A stretch of 64,000 nt of DNA from Tubulanus polymorphus (GCF_964204645.1 NC_134033.1:3182131-3246130); one strand, 5' to 3'; shown: positions 23,601 to 48,650, counted from the first letter of the stretch. Translations and numbers: made by a program. Notes: generated by a model from the sequence alone, not told the origin.

Positions 23601-26600
23601 ATTATTTGTTTTTGTAGAGGCGTTTAGAGGTTTTCCGATTATCCGAGAACTGGAAATGCCGATGAACGGACTTCGCGGAATCAAACTGCAATTAACCGAT
23701 TTTCAACATTTAGAGGTTTGTACCCGATTGTTATTTCGTGTAAATTCGTTATTTGAAGAAACTTGACCGATGACGGATTACCCAGATCTGTCCCGAGGCT
23801 ATAGCTAGATTGGTTTTATAAACTAGTATTAACTTTACCCGGACGCTAACTCCATTCATTTTTAATTGACTTAACCCCCGGGTGAAAGTTGATACCACAG
23901 TTGCGAGTTAGAGTTAACTCTCAGTTAAAGTTAGTGCCGTTTTCAATGAGTTAACCTAGAGTCAAATCTTTACTCAGAACTGGACCCAGGAGTTTATGTG
24001 GCTATTTTGCATTGTTTTCATTTGTTTGATGTAAGCCCTTTTCAAATATTGACTACCCTATCTAGCAGCCATTTTCAGCTTTCTTCTTGCTTCAAAAAAA
24101 AAAATGTCCACTTTTCTGAAAAACTTGAAGTGAATTCTTGTATGAGAAGCAATTGTCCTTAGTCCACCGGATTTGAGCCAGGAAATCGTATTTTTCTCAA
24201 TTACCTGTTTTTTTTTCAGATTCTCGATTTATCGTACAATAATCTATCGAAGGACGACATTCTGCCGTTGGGACTTCTGCCGGTTTTGAAAGTTTTACAT
24301 CTGACCGGAAACGGTTTCAGTTCATTGCCGCCTGAATTAGCTAAACCACTTTACTTTATGGATAAAAATGAGGAGTAAGTGAAATATATCGAATATTCGC
24401 AAGAACTAAGATGTTGTTAGACTTGAGTTGTTAGATTGGTTATAGAACCAAAATGAGTTTAGACTGGTCTCAAGTTGTTAGATTGGTTATAGAACTAAAA
24501 TGAGCTTAGACTGGTCTTAAGTTGTTAGATTGGTTATAGAACCAAAACGAGCTTAGACTGGTCTTAAGTTGTTAGATTGGTAATAGAACCAAAATGAGCT
24601 TAGACTGGTCTTAAGTTGTTAGATTGGTTATAAAACCAAAATGAGCTTAGACTGGTCTCAAGTTGTTAGATTGGTTACAGAACCAAAATGAGCTTAGACT
24701 GGTCTTTAGTTATTAGATTGGTTATAGAACTAAAATGAGCTCAGACTGGTCTTAAGTTGTTAGATTGGTTATAAAACCAAAATGAGCTTAGACTGGTCTT
24801 AAGTTGTTAGATTGGTTATAGAACCAGAATGAACTTAGAATGATCTTAAGTAGCTTAGATTGGCTATAGAACTAAAATGTTCTCAGTCTAAGACTGGTCC
24901 TAAATCAAAACCATGGCAACTGGATATATCAGTTTCAAATTATCTTCGAAAACGTATTTTTCAGATTCCAGAGAATTCCGCGATTTCCGATGTTGGAAAT
25001 TTTCATGCTAGACGACAATCGATTATCGGATTATACGACATTCGCCGCCCTCGCCGGACTGAAAAAGTAAGTGCTGCCCCCTGGGTGAAAGTCCCTAGAT
25101 CATTCGTGTGTCTCGGAAAAAAAAAAGATTTTTTCCAAATCTCCGTTTTTGATTTTCTTCAGGTTGAAAGTTCTCAACTTACAAAAGAATGAAATCCACT
25201 CGGTGCCGCACCTGAAGGTCACCGAGTGCGATCACGTGACCGAGGCTTCGACCAACGGCGACAAACGCTCGAAACGATCGAGGTCAAGAACGCACACGAG
25301 CAGGACGAACTCGTCGAGACGTAGTTCGGCGAGAGCGCCCTCTAGTCCCGTGAAAGAATCGACGAATACGACGGATCCAGATAATCAGATCGCTCCGCAA
25401 CCTTCAGCAGGTGAGCAGACGCCATGGATCCGGTTCCTCCGTTGTATCCTAGGATTTACTAATTTCCATTGAGTTAACTATGAGTAAAATCTTGACTTGA
25501 ACAATTGAAATGAACTACAAACACCAGACATTAGACATTTTATCAGCTCACTTTAAAAAACTGATCGTCCATATTTCACTTGTGTTCAGCACGTCACCTT
25601 AGACATTTTCAATTGAAAATGTACTACAAAAAACATCAGATATTAGACATCTTATCAGTGCACTTCAAAGACTGATCGTCCACACTTCACATTGCAATGA
25701 AGAATATCTGTATCAGTTTACAGGGAGGCACCACTGACTTGGAAAACTGGGAATCAGAAAAAAATCAGGGAATTTGACAAATTTTACCAAAAACCTCGAA
25801 AACTCAGGGAATTCGGATAATGTTATTGACCGCGTGTTTCTTTATCAATACGTGATTCATTAAAAAATGAATGAACATTTTAAACCTAGAAACTTCTCTT
25901 ATTCACTGAGGGAGAATTTTGTGTAATCACATGGAAAAATCACGGAAAACTCAGAGGATTTGTAAATAGGTTGAAAGTAGCGCCACCCTGGTTTAGTTCC
26001 TACGTCCTACAATTCTATCGAGTATCCTCCAAACTCGTCTCATTCAATCCGATTAATTCCGCAGAAGATGTAACCGTCGCGAAATCGCTAGCAGACGTGC
26101 GACCGGGTGAACTAGACAGCGAGCGTAAAACGGACCGCGACGGCGTCAACACGGAAACCGGTACGTCCGTCATATCGGCGAGATTGAACAAAATGATCGG
26201 CGACGTCAGAGAGCCGTCGTTCCCGCCGTTCCCGGAATTACGATCGGTCGATCTCTCGTTCAACAAGGTAAGTAAAACTCGTCGGCTAGTCGCTGTAAAC
26301 AGCGTTTATATTAACCACTGAATGAATACGCGGTATAATGTACCCTCGATGTATTCTAAAAGGTTTAACTGTCACACCTATCAATCTGTGTGAATAGTTG
26401 TTTACTTACTGGTGTGGTTTTATGCCCTTCTGTACAAAGTTATTTCATATATCCTAACCCTTTCGGTGCGTCTACACCGCTGTGCGGTGTATGAATCGGT
26501 GATAGATTTTGCTAGTACACCGCACTGCGGTGTATTGATGTAATTAGTAATTAGTTTTTATCTCTATTGAAAGATGGCAACACCTGTCAAACATAATGAA

Positions 26601-29600
26601 ATACTATTAGCTAATGATACACCGCACCGCGGTGTAGATGCACTATAGTGGCATTCCCGTTATTCAACACACTACGGTGGAATTTTTCAAAATTTTCAAA
26701 TTATCTCCAGCACTATAGGGTATTGATTAGTCAGCACTGAAAGGGTTTATAATGGTAATAATGAATGTCCCACAAATGCCGCTCAAATTCTGAAAGAGTG
26801 CTTTAGAAGATCTTTTTAATCGCATGATTCTATTCTGAAGAACAATTCATTTCCTAGCAATTTTCAAACAAGGTGACGATTCCAATTTCAACGGTTCTCC
26901 CAGCTTCAAACAATCCTAGATCGGCTCGCCTGGTTTTTCAAACCGTTATTCACGGTATTTTCGTTTGTTGGGTTGTATTTTAGATCGAACATGAGGAAGG
27001 TTTACTGGCGACCGCCGGTTGGCCGATGTTATCGGAATTAGTCATCCACGACAACCCGTTAACGACGCGTAACAGCGGCGAACCACCGTTACTGAAACGT
27101 TTCTTACAGCAGCGACTCGGTATAGAGGTCGTCAGGTAGGTAACCCCGACCTCCCCGTAACCCCGCCACTTCCCCTTGCATCAGAACCCATTGTCTGTTA
27201 TAAATCCACTGCTGGGATCACGAAACACATGATGTCGTAACAAATTCAGCGTGTCTTAAAGAATTGTACATTTTCATCGAATTGAATTAAATTCCGCCCA
27301 AATATTTTCTCAGAAAAGTTGATGAATTTGACTGTAGTTTATTTAGCCTTGCTAAATTTAGAAAATTCATTAAGGACATACAAAGAAATTGCCAATCTTT
27401 AACTCCCCGCTGAGATTTTTATTAGCAATAAATGATCTACGAAGTTAACTCATACCATAACAATGTCTCTGTAAATAATGAATAGGAGATATGGACCCAG
27501 TTCCACAGTTCTGAGTTAAGATTAAACTCAGAGTAAACTAATTGAAAATGAACTAATTTTTACTCAGAGTTAACTCTAACTCGCAACCGTGGAACCGGGT
27601 CATGGGGTCTAAAACACACCCAATCGAATCGGGTGAAATATGCCCCAGGGTCCAGTTCCACAGTTCTGAGTTAAGATTGAACTCAGAGTTAACTCATTGA
27701 AAATGAACTAACTTTAATTCAGAGTCAACTCTTAACTCACAACTGTGGAACTGGGTCCAGAATATTCCGTGGTTAAAGGGTTAATGTTTAAACTCTTGAG
27801 GGTCAAATTCAACTGTGGGACTGAATCATGATCGACGAATGTTTGAAATTTTTCTGATCTTCTGCAGAAAGAGAATCGAATACGGTAAAAAGCCGCAGAT
27901 AGAAATCGCCGACGACCCCGTACGCAAAGTGAAAACGATCGTGCCAAAAGTACCGAAGGTTCCCGTCGACGTCCTACTCGCTTTAGAAGCAGCTCCGCGC
28001 ACGCCGCCGGGTACAGCGCCATCTACCGGACACGAACGGGAACGACAGTCGACCCCGCCGAAGAGTTCGACCCCGCTTCAGACGCGGGAGGCGAACGAGG
28101 AGGAGAGACACGAGACGAATAAGGAGGAAACATTAGCAGGAGATCCGTTCTTCATGACTCAACCGGTAAAAATTGAAAATAATTTTCCAGTCGTCTTTCA
28201 TTTTAGATGTGTTGATTTGATGCATCAGCCGCGGCCAGTTACCGGCATGCGCAGTCATGGATTAGATTTAAGACCAGTCCAAGACCATCTCGGTTCTATA
28301 ACCAATCCGACCACTTAAGACCAGTCTTAACTCATCTCGGTTCTATAGCCAATCTAACAACTTAAGACCAGTCTAAGTTCATTTTGCTTCTATAGCCAAT
28401 CTAACAACTTAAGACCAGTCTAAGTTCATTTTGCTTCTATAGCCAATCTAACAATTTAAGACCAGTCTAAGCTCATTTTGGTTCTATAGCCAATCTAACA
28501 ACTTAACCACCAGTCTGAGACCATATTTGTTCTATAAACTATAGATGTCCGGTTTCACAAAGCAAAACTTGAATGAGGTTTCGGATCCGTTTTCTATTCT
28601 TATCGTCTCGTTCGTTTGTTAGGCCGATCAAGAAGCTGAAAAATCCGAGGAGCCCCGACAACAACAGAGAGTGCCGGTACCCCCGGCGGTCGCTAAGGAT
28701 ACGCGAAAGAAGCACAGACGACGTAAAGGGGTCGAAACTAGGTATAAAGGTTACGAGGATTTGTTGGACGTCGACGCTGATGACGAAGACGACACAGTTT
28801 TACCAAAAGGTAAATAGACGAAATATTCTCGCGAGTCCGAGCTCGTGATGGCATAATATGGAAGACATTTTTACGTCGGAATGTCGGCCGTCAAGAACTG
28901 AGCTTGGTTTGACATTCACGTTGGGCGGGGTTACTCAGCAAATGCCAGATCGGACTAACTTCGATATCTCTTAATCCTAGTTGCCGCCAAAATTGGCAGT
29001 GATTTAACGTTAAAAATAGTAGCTTAACCCTTTCAGTGCTGACTAATCAATACCCTATAGTGCTGGAGATAATTTGAAAATTTTGAAAAATTCCGCCCTA
29101 GTGTGTTGAATAACGGGAATACCGCTATAAGTGCTTATACACCGCGGCGCAGTGTATCGTTAGTTACTAGTATTTCACTATGTTTGACAGGTGCTGCCGT
29201 CATTCAATAGAGATAAAAAATAATTACTTATTATATCAATACACCACAATGCGGTGTACTAGCAAAATCTTTCACAGATTCATACACCACACTGCTGTGT
29301 AGACGCACTGAAAGGGTTAATTGAAAATGAACTATGATTATTTTGAGAGTATTTTGATATTTTTGGGAGTAGTTGAGCCGTTAAAAAGCATAGAAACTAT
29401 TCTCAAATAGTAGTCGTAGTCAGGTCCGAGAAACATCAGGAAAAGGACCTTTTTTCTGACGTAAGAAACATTGGTTTGATCGAAAATGAACTGTAAATCA
29501 TTCGTATTTTAAGAGGATTTTGATATTTTTGAGATCAGTAGTTTAGATAGAGAAATAACTGCTCTCAAAAAGTCATCGTAGTCAGGTCTACAACTCGAAC

Positions 29601-32061
29601 CGATTTCTATTGTAGACATGCAGGGAAGTGTGAGGGCGCTACAGTATACGCTGAATCATCCGTTAATGTTCCGCGATCCGGTTCAAGATTTACACATTCC
29701 TCAACCTCCGTATCAGAAATACAACAAAAAGGTAACGGCAACGATAATCAAAACAACCGCTAAAAACAAATCCGATCATAGCGAGTAGAAAAATCATTCA
29801 TTCAGAATCACGTAGTGTCAATTACTCCTCAGAAAATTCAAGGCGAAATCCGCGTTCATCGCGATACCGAATAGCTCATTTGCTGTTTATTTCCATGCGT
29901 TACAAGTTTTGATGAGGTGGGCCACGAAAATTGTGTCCTTTTGCCCCCCCCCCCCCGAAATTCATCCAAACTTACTTGGATTTGATGTGAGCGCTCAGAT
30001 CTGTCATGTTTACACTCGATATACTCGAGAAATGGAAATAGGCATTGGCGTTGGAAATTCAGCCGCGAAAGCCACAGCAATAATTTACTGAATGACGTTT
30101 CTTTTTCTTTGAATACCACGTTTTTGAAGCAATTAAGTAAATTCGCCGCGGCAATATTTACAATCTGTCCAAAATCGGCATTTAGCCTCGGCAATCAAAA
30201 ATTGCTTCCAACACCCCTGATAGGAGGAAGTGCCGGGGCGGATTTGGGCAGCTTGAGGAGTAATAGGCAGGGTGGATGCAGCTTGAGTGCTAATGGGTTA
30301 GACAGCTGTAATTGTTTTTCCTTACGTTTAGTGTAGAATCCTTCCACCTATCTTCAGAATTTATTTGAAACTGAAAGGATTCCACCTGCAGAAGAAAAAA
30401 CAATAACAGATGTTTGAATTGATTTTGTGGGTTTGTCTCAATGCGAGTATTCTGTCTTTGCCTAATCTAAATGTTTTTGAGTACGAGAGAAAATTTGACG
30501 ACCGATTTCCAGCGATTAACGTCGAGTGTATATATTCTATAGATGGTGATGCCGCCGGCGCCGGAGAACAAAACCAAGTCGGAGCGCGTGAAAGCCGTTC
30601 TACGGGAAGTCGAGGAACGGCAGACGATCGTCGAGGCTCCGCTTCCCGTCGTGTTGAAACAACGCAAAAAATATACGAAAGATTTCCCGGAAGCCGACAA
30701 ACTTTTACAACAGGTATTTCGAGAGAAAAAAAATCTAATCCATTTTCAAGCCTTCTTCAATTTTCTCTTTCATAAAATTCTTAGAAATATTTGAACTATC
30801 TTTACTAGGGTTCCTACGACTCCTTGATTCCTTAAAAACTCCTTTTAAGCAGAAAATGTCTTAAAAAGTGCTTGAAACTCCTTCAATCCAAGCAAAATGT
30901 CAGAAATTCCTTTAAAACTCCTTCAATTTTGGGAAATAGGCAACTTGCAGTAGACTAAACCTAAATCCATACTGTTTGGAACCAGGTTCTTTTTGTTACT
31001 CAATTAGGTGGTTACCTAGTAAGAGTTTATTAGTGTACTACAGAATGCCCAAAACCGAGTTTAGGCAAAGTGAAGGAAAAATAAATTTGCTGACAAAACC
31101 AGTCAAGTAATTGGGGTATAAAAGTGATGCAGACGCTCCCTTGGAATATGACATTTTCTCCTTGAAAACTCCTAATATCCAGGAATGACTGATCTGTAGG
31201 GACCCTGTATATCCAGGAATGACTGATCGGTAGGGGTCCTGTATATCTAGGATTGACTGATCTATAGGGACCCTGTAAATTGTCTTTCTACAAATTCAAA
31301 ATTATCTATAATTTTCAAACTGTCGTTCAGCTCGGTGAACAGATAACACTTGACTAAACTACGGCAAGTATTTCATCTAATTCTTTCACGTTTATTCTAT
31401 TTCATTCTGGTTCATATTTAGGTTCATTCTTCAAATGTTGTGGTTCGTATTTTCATCAGTTCGTTTTCAGCTTTTTTTCTTCAAAACTTTCTCTCTGTTT
31501 CAAAAAATTTCTGAATGTGGCTTTTTATACGTATTTGAGTCACTGGTATTCATTTATTAGTCTGCAGTCTGGACCCTGCAACCCCTCAGCCTGGGATGGA
31601 TTGGACCCGGCATTCCTTCAAATATTAGATATTTTATCAGCCAATCGCCTACACTTCACATGTGTTCAGTGCTTCACCCGAGACATTTTTAATTGAAAAT
31701 GAACTACAAACACCAGACATTAGACATTTTATCAGCACACTTTCAAAAACTGATCGTCCACACTTCACATAAATGATGAAAGTCAGAAGGGGTGGCTGTA
31801 CCAGGCTGTAGATTGATGCGTGCATGAGAATCACATCTCACAGCTAAGGAACTTTATCCAAAGTCACATCGAAGTCATAATCATTGAACAACTCAACCCC
31901 TTATTGACTGTTTTATGACTTCTTATTATTTTCAGATTCAGAAGAAATACAACGATGTCAGATTTGATTCATTGGCAGACGCAGAGGAAGTCAGATCATT
32001 AATACATAATACAATCAGTGATGTGCGGAAAAATGCTCAGAAATTAGAACTCCATGCCTAG
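20613..32061 (+). CDS. XRRA1: X-ray radiation resistance-associated protein 1 (LRR protein), 14 exons, 771 aa
   Basis: Exons 20613-20718, 21871-22079, 22992-23136, 23618-23715, 24220-24374, 24965-25066, 25163-25410, 26065-26267, 26984-27135, 27868-28165, 28623-28809, 29616-29731, 30543-30713 and 31936-32061. All are GT-AG and frame-consistent (2316 nt). Motifs KYDDG...NCFPVR, LDGFFLMKH.CV.DPSDLC.VN, NAAENYLPLEAF, LDLSYNNL, LHLTGNG, MLDDNRLS, PPFPELR..LSFNKI, PPLLK.FLQ.RLGI and PKVPK match vertebrate XRRA1 as remembered. Confidence 0.93.
20880..21152. mobile_element. CATCCTC-ended Mutator-like MITE (inverted, decayed relative of 60209-60547)
   Basis: TIRs catcctcc..ggcagggattcgaacc / ggttcgaatccctgccgaggagg. 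The internal sequence is the reverse complement of 60300-60400. Confidence 0.65.
22212..22888. mobile_element. TIR-bounded composite repeat with degenerate TTAGGG tracts and tRNA-derived (SINE-like) heads
   Basis: About 28-bp imperfect TIRs (tggatatttagccacatatggcaaaagt / actatgccgtatatggtaaaatatcca). Two internal units of GGGTTAGGG-like repeats are each followed by the A-box TGGTCTAGTGG. The second unit also has the B-box GGTTCGAGTC near 22713. Confidence 0.55.
24412..24900. repeat. 47-bp satellite (AGTTGTTAGATTGGTTATAGAACCAAAATGAGCTTAGACTGGTCTTA)n; reverse-complement arrays at ~28268-28540 and ~57291-57480
   Basis: About 10 tandem units with a 47-bp period. Confidence 0.9.
26458..26745. 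mobile_element. piggyBac-type MITE (CCCTTTCAGTGC TIR), copy inverted relative to 29028-29316
   Basis: Termini ccctttcggtgc ... gcactgaaaggg. The internal sequence is the reverse complement of 29028-29316. Confidence 0.8.
29028..29316. mobile_element. piggyBac-type MITE, full length 289 bp with TTAA target duplication; further copies or fragments at ~21420-21490, 23230-23585, 35980-36246, 44460-44722, 46700-46985
   Basis: ttaa|CCCTTTCAGTGC ... GCACTGAAAGGG|ttaa. At least 7 related copies occur in the window. Confidence 0.85.
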
Positions 32062-32928
32062 TTCTTAACCTACCGAGCTGCCTAGTTCTTAACCTACTGA
32101 GCTGACTAGTTCTTACCCGACCGAGCTGCCTAGTTCTTAACCTATGAAGCTGCCTAGCTCCCTTCTGAGCAGCCTAGCTCTTAACCTACAGAGCTGCCTA
32201 ATATTTACGGGACTAAGCTCCTAGTTCTAGCCCTTCTGAGCAGCCTAGCTCTTACCCTGCAGAGCTGCCTAGTTCTTTAACCTAAGAAGCTGCTTAGCTG
32301 TCCTCCAACCTAGCGAGCTAGCAAGCTGCCTAGCCCTTACCCAGCTACCGAAATTCAGCAATTTTATAGATTTCATTCCTTATGTATAAAAACTCTATGG
32401 GTGAAAGCAGCAGGATCAAAATAAACTTAGCCCTGTTGTTAATCTATGCATGCAATACGTAATTCCGTCCAAATACAGAAACCTCAATCTGATTATTATT
32501 CGTGATTATTGATTATATTGTTAATTCTATTCTATACTCTGATTTTTCTGTTATATTCTAATTATAGAGATTTATTTATACCTCGTCTATTCGTAAATGT
32601 GAGTGATGATATTTAAATCGATCGTTTGTTGTTGATATTTATGTAATAATTATTTGTAAATGAAAATTAATTTCTACCGTACGCGAAAATCTTTGTGATC
32701 ATTGTTTATCCACAGCAGACGACATTGTGTCATTTTAACAGGTTACAGTGTTCAAGGACGAATCTAGGATTCCTTGAAGGAGATCGGCCCGACAATCGAA
32801 ATGGACACTTGATTTGAAAAGGGCAGATTTGGCAATGCGTGGGCCGCTAGCACGAAAATTGTTCTGGGCTTCAGGCGGCCCTCTGGAAATGTAGGACAAG
32901 AGTCGCAAGGAAAATTTAGGACAAAAAA

Positions 32929-33541
32929 CCGGGCTGCCAACATCTAAAATGTGCTATCGGTAACAAACTGAATTTTTTTCAGTAACATTTCATTGAAATG
33001 TTAAAATTAATCAGTAATCAATGGGGTAAGACCCTCGGTAACATCTTTCACATATCTATTCAAATTAATCAGTAATCAACAGTAAGACCCTCAGTAACAT
33101 CTTTCATATTAGTGTTCAAATTAATCAGTAATCAACAGTAAGACCCTCGGTAACATCTTTCACATATCTATTCAAATTAATCAGTAATCAAGGGGGTAAG
33201 ACCCTCAGCAACGTCTTGCATATTTCTGTTCAAATCAATCAGTAATCAACAGTAAAACCCTCAGTAACATCTTTCATATTAGTGTTCAAATTAATCAGTA
33301 ATCAACAGTAAGACCTTCAGTAACATCTTTCATATTTCTGTTCCAATTAATCAGTAATCAACAGTAAGACCCTCAGTAACATCTTTCATATTTCTGTTGG
33401 CCTACAAATTCACCAGTAATCAAGGGGGTAAGACCCTCAGCAATGTCTTGCATATTTCTGTACGCATCGAACAAATCAATCAGTATTTCTCGTTATTGAA
33501 CGGTCACAAACACTGAAAATCAGAAGCAGTTGACAGCTCTG
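32929..33541. repeat. ~59-bp tandem repeat (..TAAGACCCTCAGTAACA..) enclosed by short imperfect TIRs (MITE-like)
   Basis: About 8 tandem units. Termini ccgggctgccaac / gttgacagctctg. Confidence 0.7.
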
Positions 33542-36500
33542 CTTACACGTTTGCTGAATCCTAAAAACTAGATACCTCAAACAAACGTCCAAAAACAAAA
33601 TAAAGAAATGATGTGTTTTTTGTGTAGGTTAGATTGGACTGTCGTTTATTTCATACATTACACTGTACAATATACTGTTTATATATATATATATATATAA
33701 CACAGATTAATGAACTATCTTTTAATAGATTATACCTCTTTATACCTCCCTTATACGAGCGAGGTTACTACCTCTTTACTCATGCATACAATACACACGC
33801 ACTCGCGTCACTCACAAGATACCTCGCTAACAACCTCCTCATTCAAACTCGGTATATATTTACATAAATAGTTCTACCCTCACACTCCCTCGCAGCCCCT
33901 ATCCCCTCCCTCCCCCCTCCCCCAGCTTCTGTTGATTATAAGTGCACCGTGAAGCGAAGTCGAAGATCGTAAATATTCGTATTTGAAAATAAAATCAGTT
34001 TTCGTGGTCTCGAAACCATTCTTGTGTCGATCTAAAGCCTGGAACCCGCAACCATTCAGACATTCGCCATTGCAACTGTCGTTTCATTTCTCTTCAAGAT
34101 AATCGGGACAAAAACCAAAATTTGACTGAAAATATGTCTAACATAATAGAGGGGGTGAAGTCCTGTGAAATTTGGACGACCAAAAAATTGTTAAGACTGG
34201 CGATTATTACCGGTAAGTTTAGAATGTTCGACAGGTGCAGGATCCAGGCTGCAGATTGATATTTATGTTAAGACGAACTCAGGTTTTTACCGACTGGAAA
34301 CTAAAACTCGAGAAGACAGTTTTTAAAATTTGGCAGTTAATTCTGTGGCATCTCATCATAGTTACGGCGATGGTGATTAGTTTGATAAACGGCTCGGGAC
34401 CGGTCGCTGAAAAGTCAGTTAAAATCATTCGACGTTAACCGACTTTTGAGCGACGAGGCACTAGGTCCCGAGTTTTGCGCTCGGAGTAACCTCTTCACTT
34501 AGAATTTGTTGATTTTCAAAGACATTTCATTGGAGAGTGATCTTTATGATTTCAGCTGGATAAGTGCGTAAAAGTCGTCCGCAATGTCCCTAAGTTAATC
34601 AAACTCCATTGACTACATTTATCGCCATATTATAAACCAGCAATGCAGAAAACCCGTTATCGCAGCTTTGCAGCTATTTTCGATACTTTTTTTTTCTGTT
34701 TGACAAGTTTACTATTTCTAAGCTCGAATGCGAAGGGCGCAGCGATGCAGAAAACCCGTTATCGCTATATGTGTCGAATATGTTTAATTTTAAGTGAAAT
34801 CAAGCCATATCATGCAGAACCAGGTCCTTTCGATTTTCGTTAAGAAATGATGTTTTTTTTTTTCTAACTCACAATGTGCCTTCATAGTTGCTTTAATCGT
34901 GATTTCCTAATTAGAATCGAGAAAAACTTAATACACGGCACGAAAAAAAGCGGCGATCGATTTCTCTAAATAATACATTTTCAACAACAAAACACATTAT
35001 CATCGAATTTTCACATACACCGAAATAGGATCCATACGTATAAAAAACTGCGCGACTAGGGTACGATTTCGTGAAAAAGTTTCAGCTTCAAAACGGTTAA
35101 GTTTGAATTTGTTGTTTGTCCTCATCGGAAACATTAAGTGACCAAAATACAGAAACCCTTGCCCAACTTAGAGATGGATAACTACGATTTCACACGAACT
35201 TCGGACGAACTAACTTTTTAAGATTTTTCCAATTGTTGACTCGGATTTCTGTTTACCTTGTTTACCAATTTGGTTGGTGTCAGTTTGTCCGTTTACTGAC
35301 TACTAAACTGAAAATTTTCGTTTTAACTTTTTCACGGAACTGGACCCCGGCGAATGGAGATATCGTACTGGTAACAAAGCTGTCGTTTGGGGAGGGGCGA
35401 TCAAGCTAATTTAGGGCACAAGTTTAATAAACGTTTATAGATATTATATATTATCATATTTACATGAAAGATGTTTTTTAAAAACTATTCTGTCTTAGCT
35501 TCGAGGAACGCCGACGCGTCCATTTACGCTTAATGAGCAAAGATGAGAAATTCTATTTAAAAAAGAAGTTACATTTGATATGTGAATTGCTGCCTTATTA
35601 ACATCTATTATTACGTGATTAATTAAAAGATAAATCAGAGGCTTCGGTTTCAGGAAAGAGCTCGAAATGGTTGTTTCTTATTCGCTGTCCTCGAAATTAT
35701 GAACTAACGTACTATAGCGCTTACACCAAAATTCTAACTGCTTTAATTGTTGTCACTGGTCACCTACCGATCTCAACCCTACGAGATGCGAGCGCAACCA
35801 TTCCGTAAAACCGGGCCCTGAATGAATAACTGTGGTTAAAAAAAAAACAGACGAACACCTATCTTGGACGAACTCAATCAAAACGGTTTTCAAAGCCAGT
35901 TTCTGATAACGAGGGACCTTAAATTGGTTGCATTCAATGGGTCAAATGAATATTTGAAGTCACGAACAATAAAGCATTAACTCTTTCAGTGCGCGTACCC
36001 ACTATGCGGTGTATAATCCGCCTACCCATCATCGCGCTTACTCCAGTGCGGTGTAGCCATAATCATAAATCAGTTAAAATCTCTATTGAAAGATGGCAGC
36101 ATTAGTAACTAACGATACACCGCATTGCAAAGTTGTCACTAAATATCGGTATGCCCGTTATACACCGCACTGGAGTGCAATTTTCCAAAATGTTTTTCGA
36201 ATTATCTTTAGCATTTTAAGGTATGAAACTTTCAGCACTGAAAGGGTAGAAAAAAATTTACCAGACACAGCAAGTAGATAACCTAGATATAAATCACAAA
36301 TATACCAATTATAATATTCAAGGGGCGACCCCGCCCTCCCCGACAGCTTTGTCGCTACAAAGAGGAGTTAACCCTGAGGATGAGTCTATTACACGTTGAA
36401 GGGAGTATAGAAGGTTAATGCGAGATTTCTGCACAGAAAAACGAACGAACATTAATAATAGAAACCTACATAACAACGACACATTTATATCAGTCATAAA

Positions 36501-37374
36501 ACTAAAATTACATAATAATAATGGTAATCGTAATAATAATAATAATAATAATAATAGTTATAGAATGTTTATGACGCGGCGCACCACCCCCACCAACCGC
36601 GACCGTGGTGGGGGCGGGCGTTACGCGTCGTTTATCATTCAACGCAAAATAACCACCGAACGATCGTATCGACAATGCGTTTTTTAATCACAAGTTTATG
36701 CGTCGGAATTGATAAAACACGGGTCGTCACTTTCTCTCGGCCGTTCGTCCCGAGTTGAGGACCTAATGGAATCCTTAGCGTTTTTAATCTAAAATCAACG
36801 AGTTACACGTTCGACAGGGGTGGCTTAGAAAGAAGAGGCTATCACCTTGACCCTTCGCCCCTCCCTCTACTCTCAGCGGGTAGGGCTCTCCGCGATAGGT
36901 CAGTGAGACTTTGCTCCTACTAGGATGACAGGAATCCCTTTACATCTCTCATAACCGTTACAAGAGCTCCTTACCTAAATAGTGGTTACAGGGACTCAGC
37001 CCGGAAGGAAAGATTCCAACCCCGCCAGGGTGACAGGAAACCCCTTTCCTCTATAAGGGATCATTCATCTATTACGTACGCATGAAATTTGACTTTACAG
37101 TGCGCAATTGCACTTACCCCTCCCCTAATGCGTAGATAATAAATGAATGATCCCTAAGGGTGACAGGATGTCTGTGAAGTGAAATTTACTGTCCAATCCC
37201 GCGAGGGCGACTCCACTCCCCCGGCCTTTCCATCCGTCTGCCTTTCCATCCGTCTGCCTTTCCATCCGTCTGCCTGTCCGTCCGTCTGCTCCTGTGAACT
37301 CTTGATTTCTTTCTACCTATCATCACAGTTCATTGAATGTTTGATTTTCATCTCAAGAAATAATAATTATGATC

Positions 37375-37415
<41 letters not shown>

Positions 37416-37929
37416 TAATAATACACGCTTTAAATATAATTAAAAACCCGTTTTGCGCGAAAATGAATGAGTCATTTACGAAGTGAGAATGTTTTTAGTA
37501 GCAAAGCAACGGTTTCTCAGACACCCTCAGAACACTTCACAGAACGACCCTAAATGAAATGTTCAGAACAAGATTTTTCGCCACGGTCGAATGTAAGACT
37601 CCCCCATCAAAACAGATGGCGGCCTACGCGAATCCCCCCATGACATCATCGAATTGCCCGAGAGGAATACTACAACGATGTCATAGGGAGATTACGCACG
37701 ACCTCGTTCGTAAAAAAAACAAATCTTCGATCACGTATCAATTAAAAACAGCTACGGTAATTAGTGAGACGATTAAACAATAATTAAATCATTTTGACAC
37801 GGAAAGACGAACGTTTCGTTTGACTCGAGAAATTTCTCGCGACGAAAAGAGAAATCTAGGGAGAGAAAGAACAGCTATCTTTTTTTTAGCACAAATCGCA
37901 TGAACTGAATCATGATAATACATGTAATT

Positions 37930-37966
<37 letters not shown>

Positions 37967-38538
37967 GTAACAACGTATGGACAGCAGCCATTATTGCGTC
38001 GTCTGCTAATGTTGAATATGGCCGGCAGACGGATCTCGGTTAAATCAATATCTATTCTATCATCTATAGTTCTGGAGTAGTAGTTCACTCCGACGTATCT
38101 ACTCCGTCCTCTCCTCCGACTTCCTTTCTCGTTTAGTTAAGCGTTTAATTTCTTCGATAAAAAAAAAAACGCACAAAATAAAAATCCCGATCCGATGACC
38201 TCCTCCACACGACCTTGGACAGTTCGCTTGACTACGACCGTCGAACGGCCAATCACAATTCAGCCTCAATACACGACCTCCCCACGACCTTGGACAAACC
38301 GTAGTTCGGCCTCGTTACAACCTCCACACGACCTTGACCTCGGATGAACCATAGTTCGGCCTGGTCGTCAAACGTCCGTCTGCGAATCGGTTCCGAAATA
38401 TAACGAGTTCTGGTCGGTAGAGGGCAGCACTAGACAGTGTCTGGTATTTTTGGAATTATTTTCACGTTCCTGTTTCAGATCTATATTGTCTGTAGACAGT
38501 TCATTATTTTACACATAGATTCCGGTTTTTATTCATCT

Positions 38539-48650
<10,112 letters not shown>

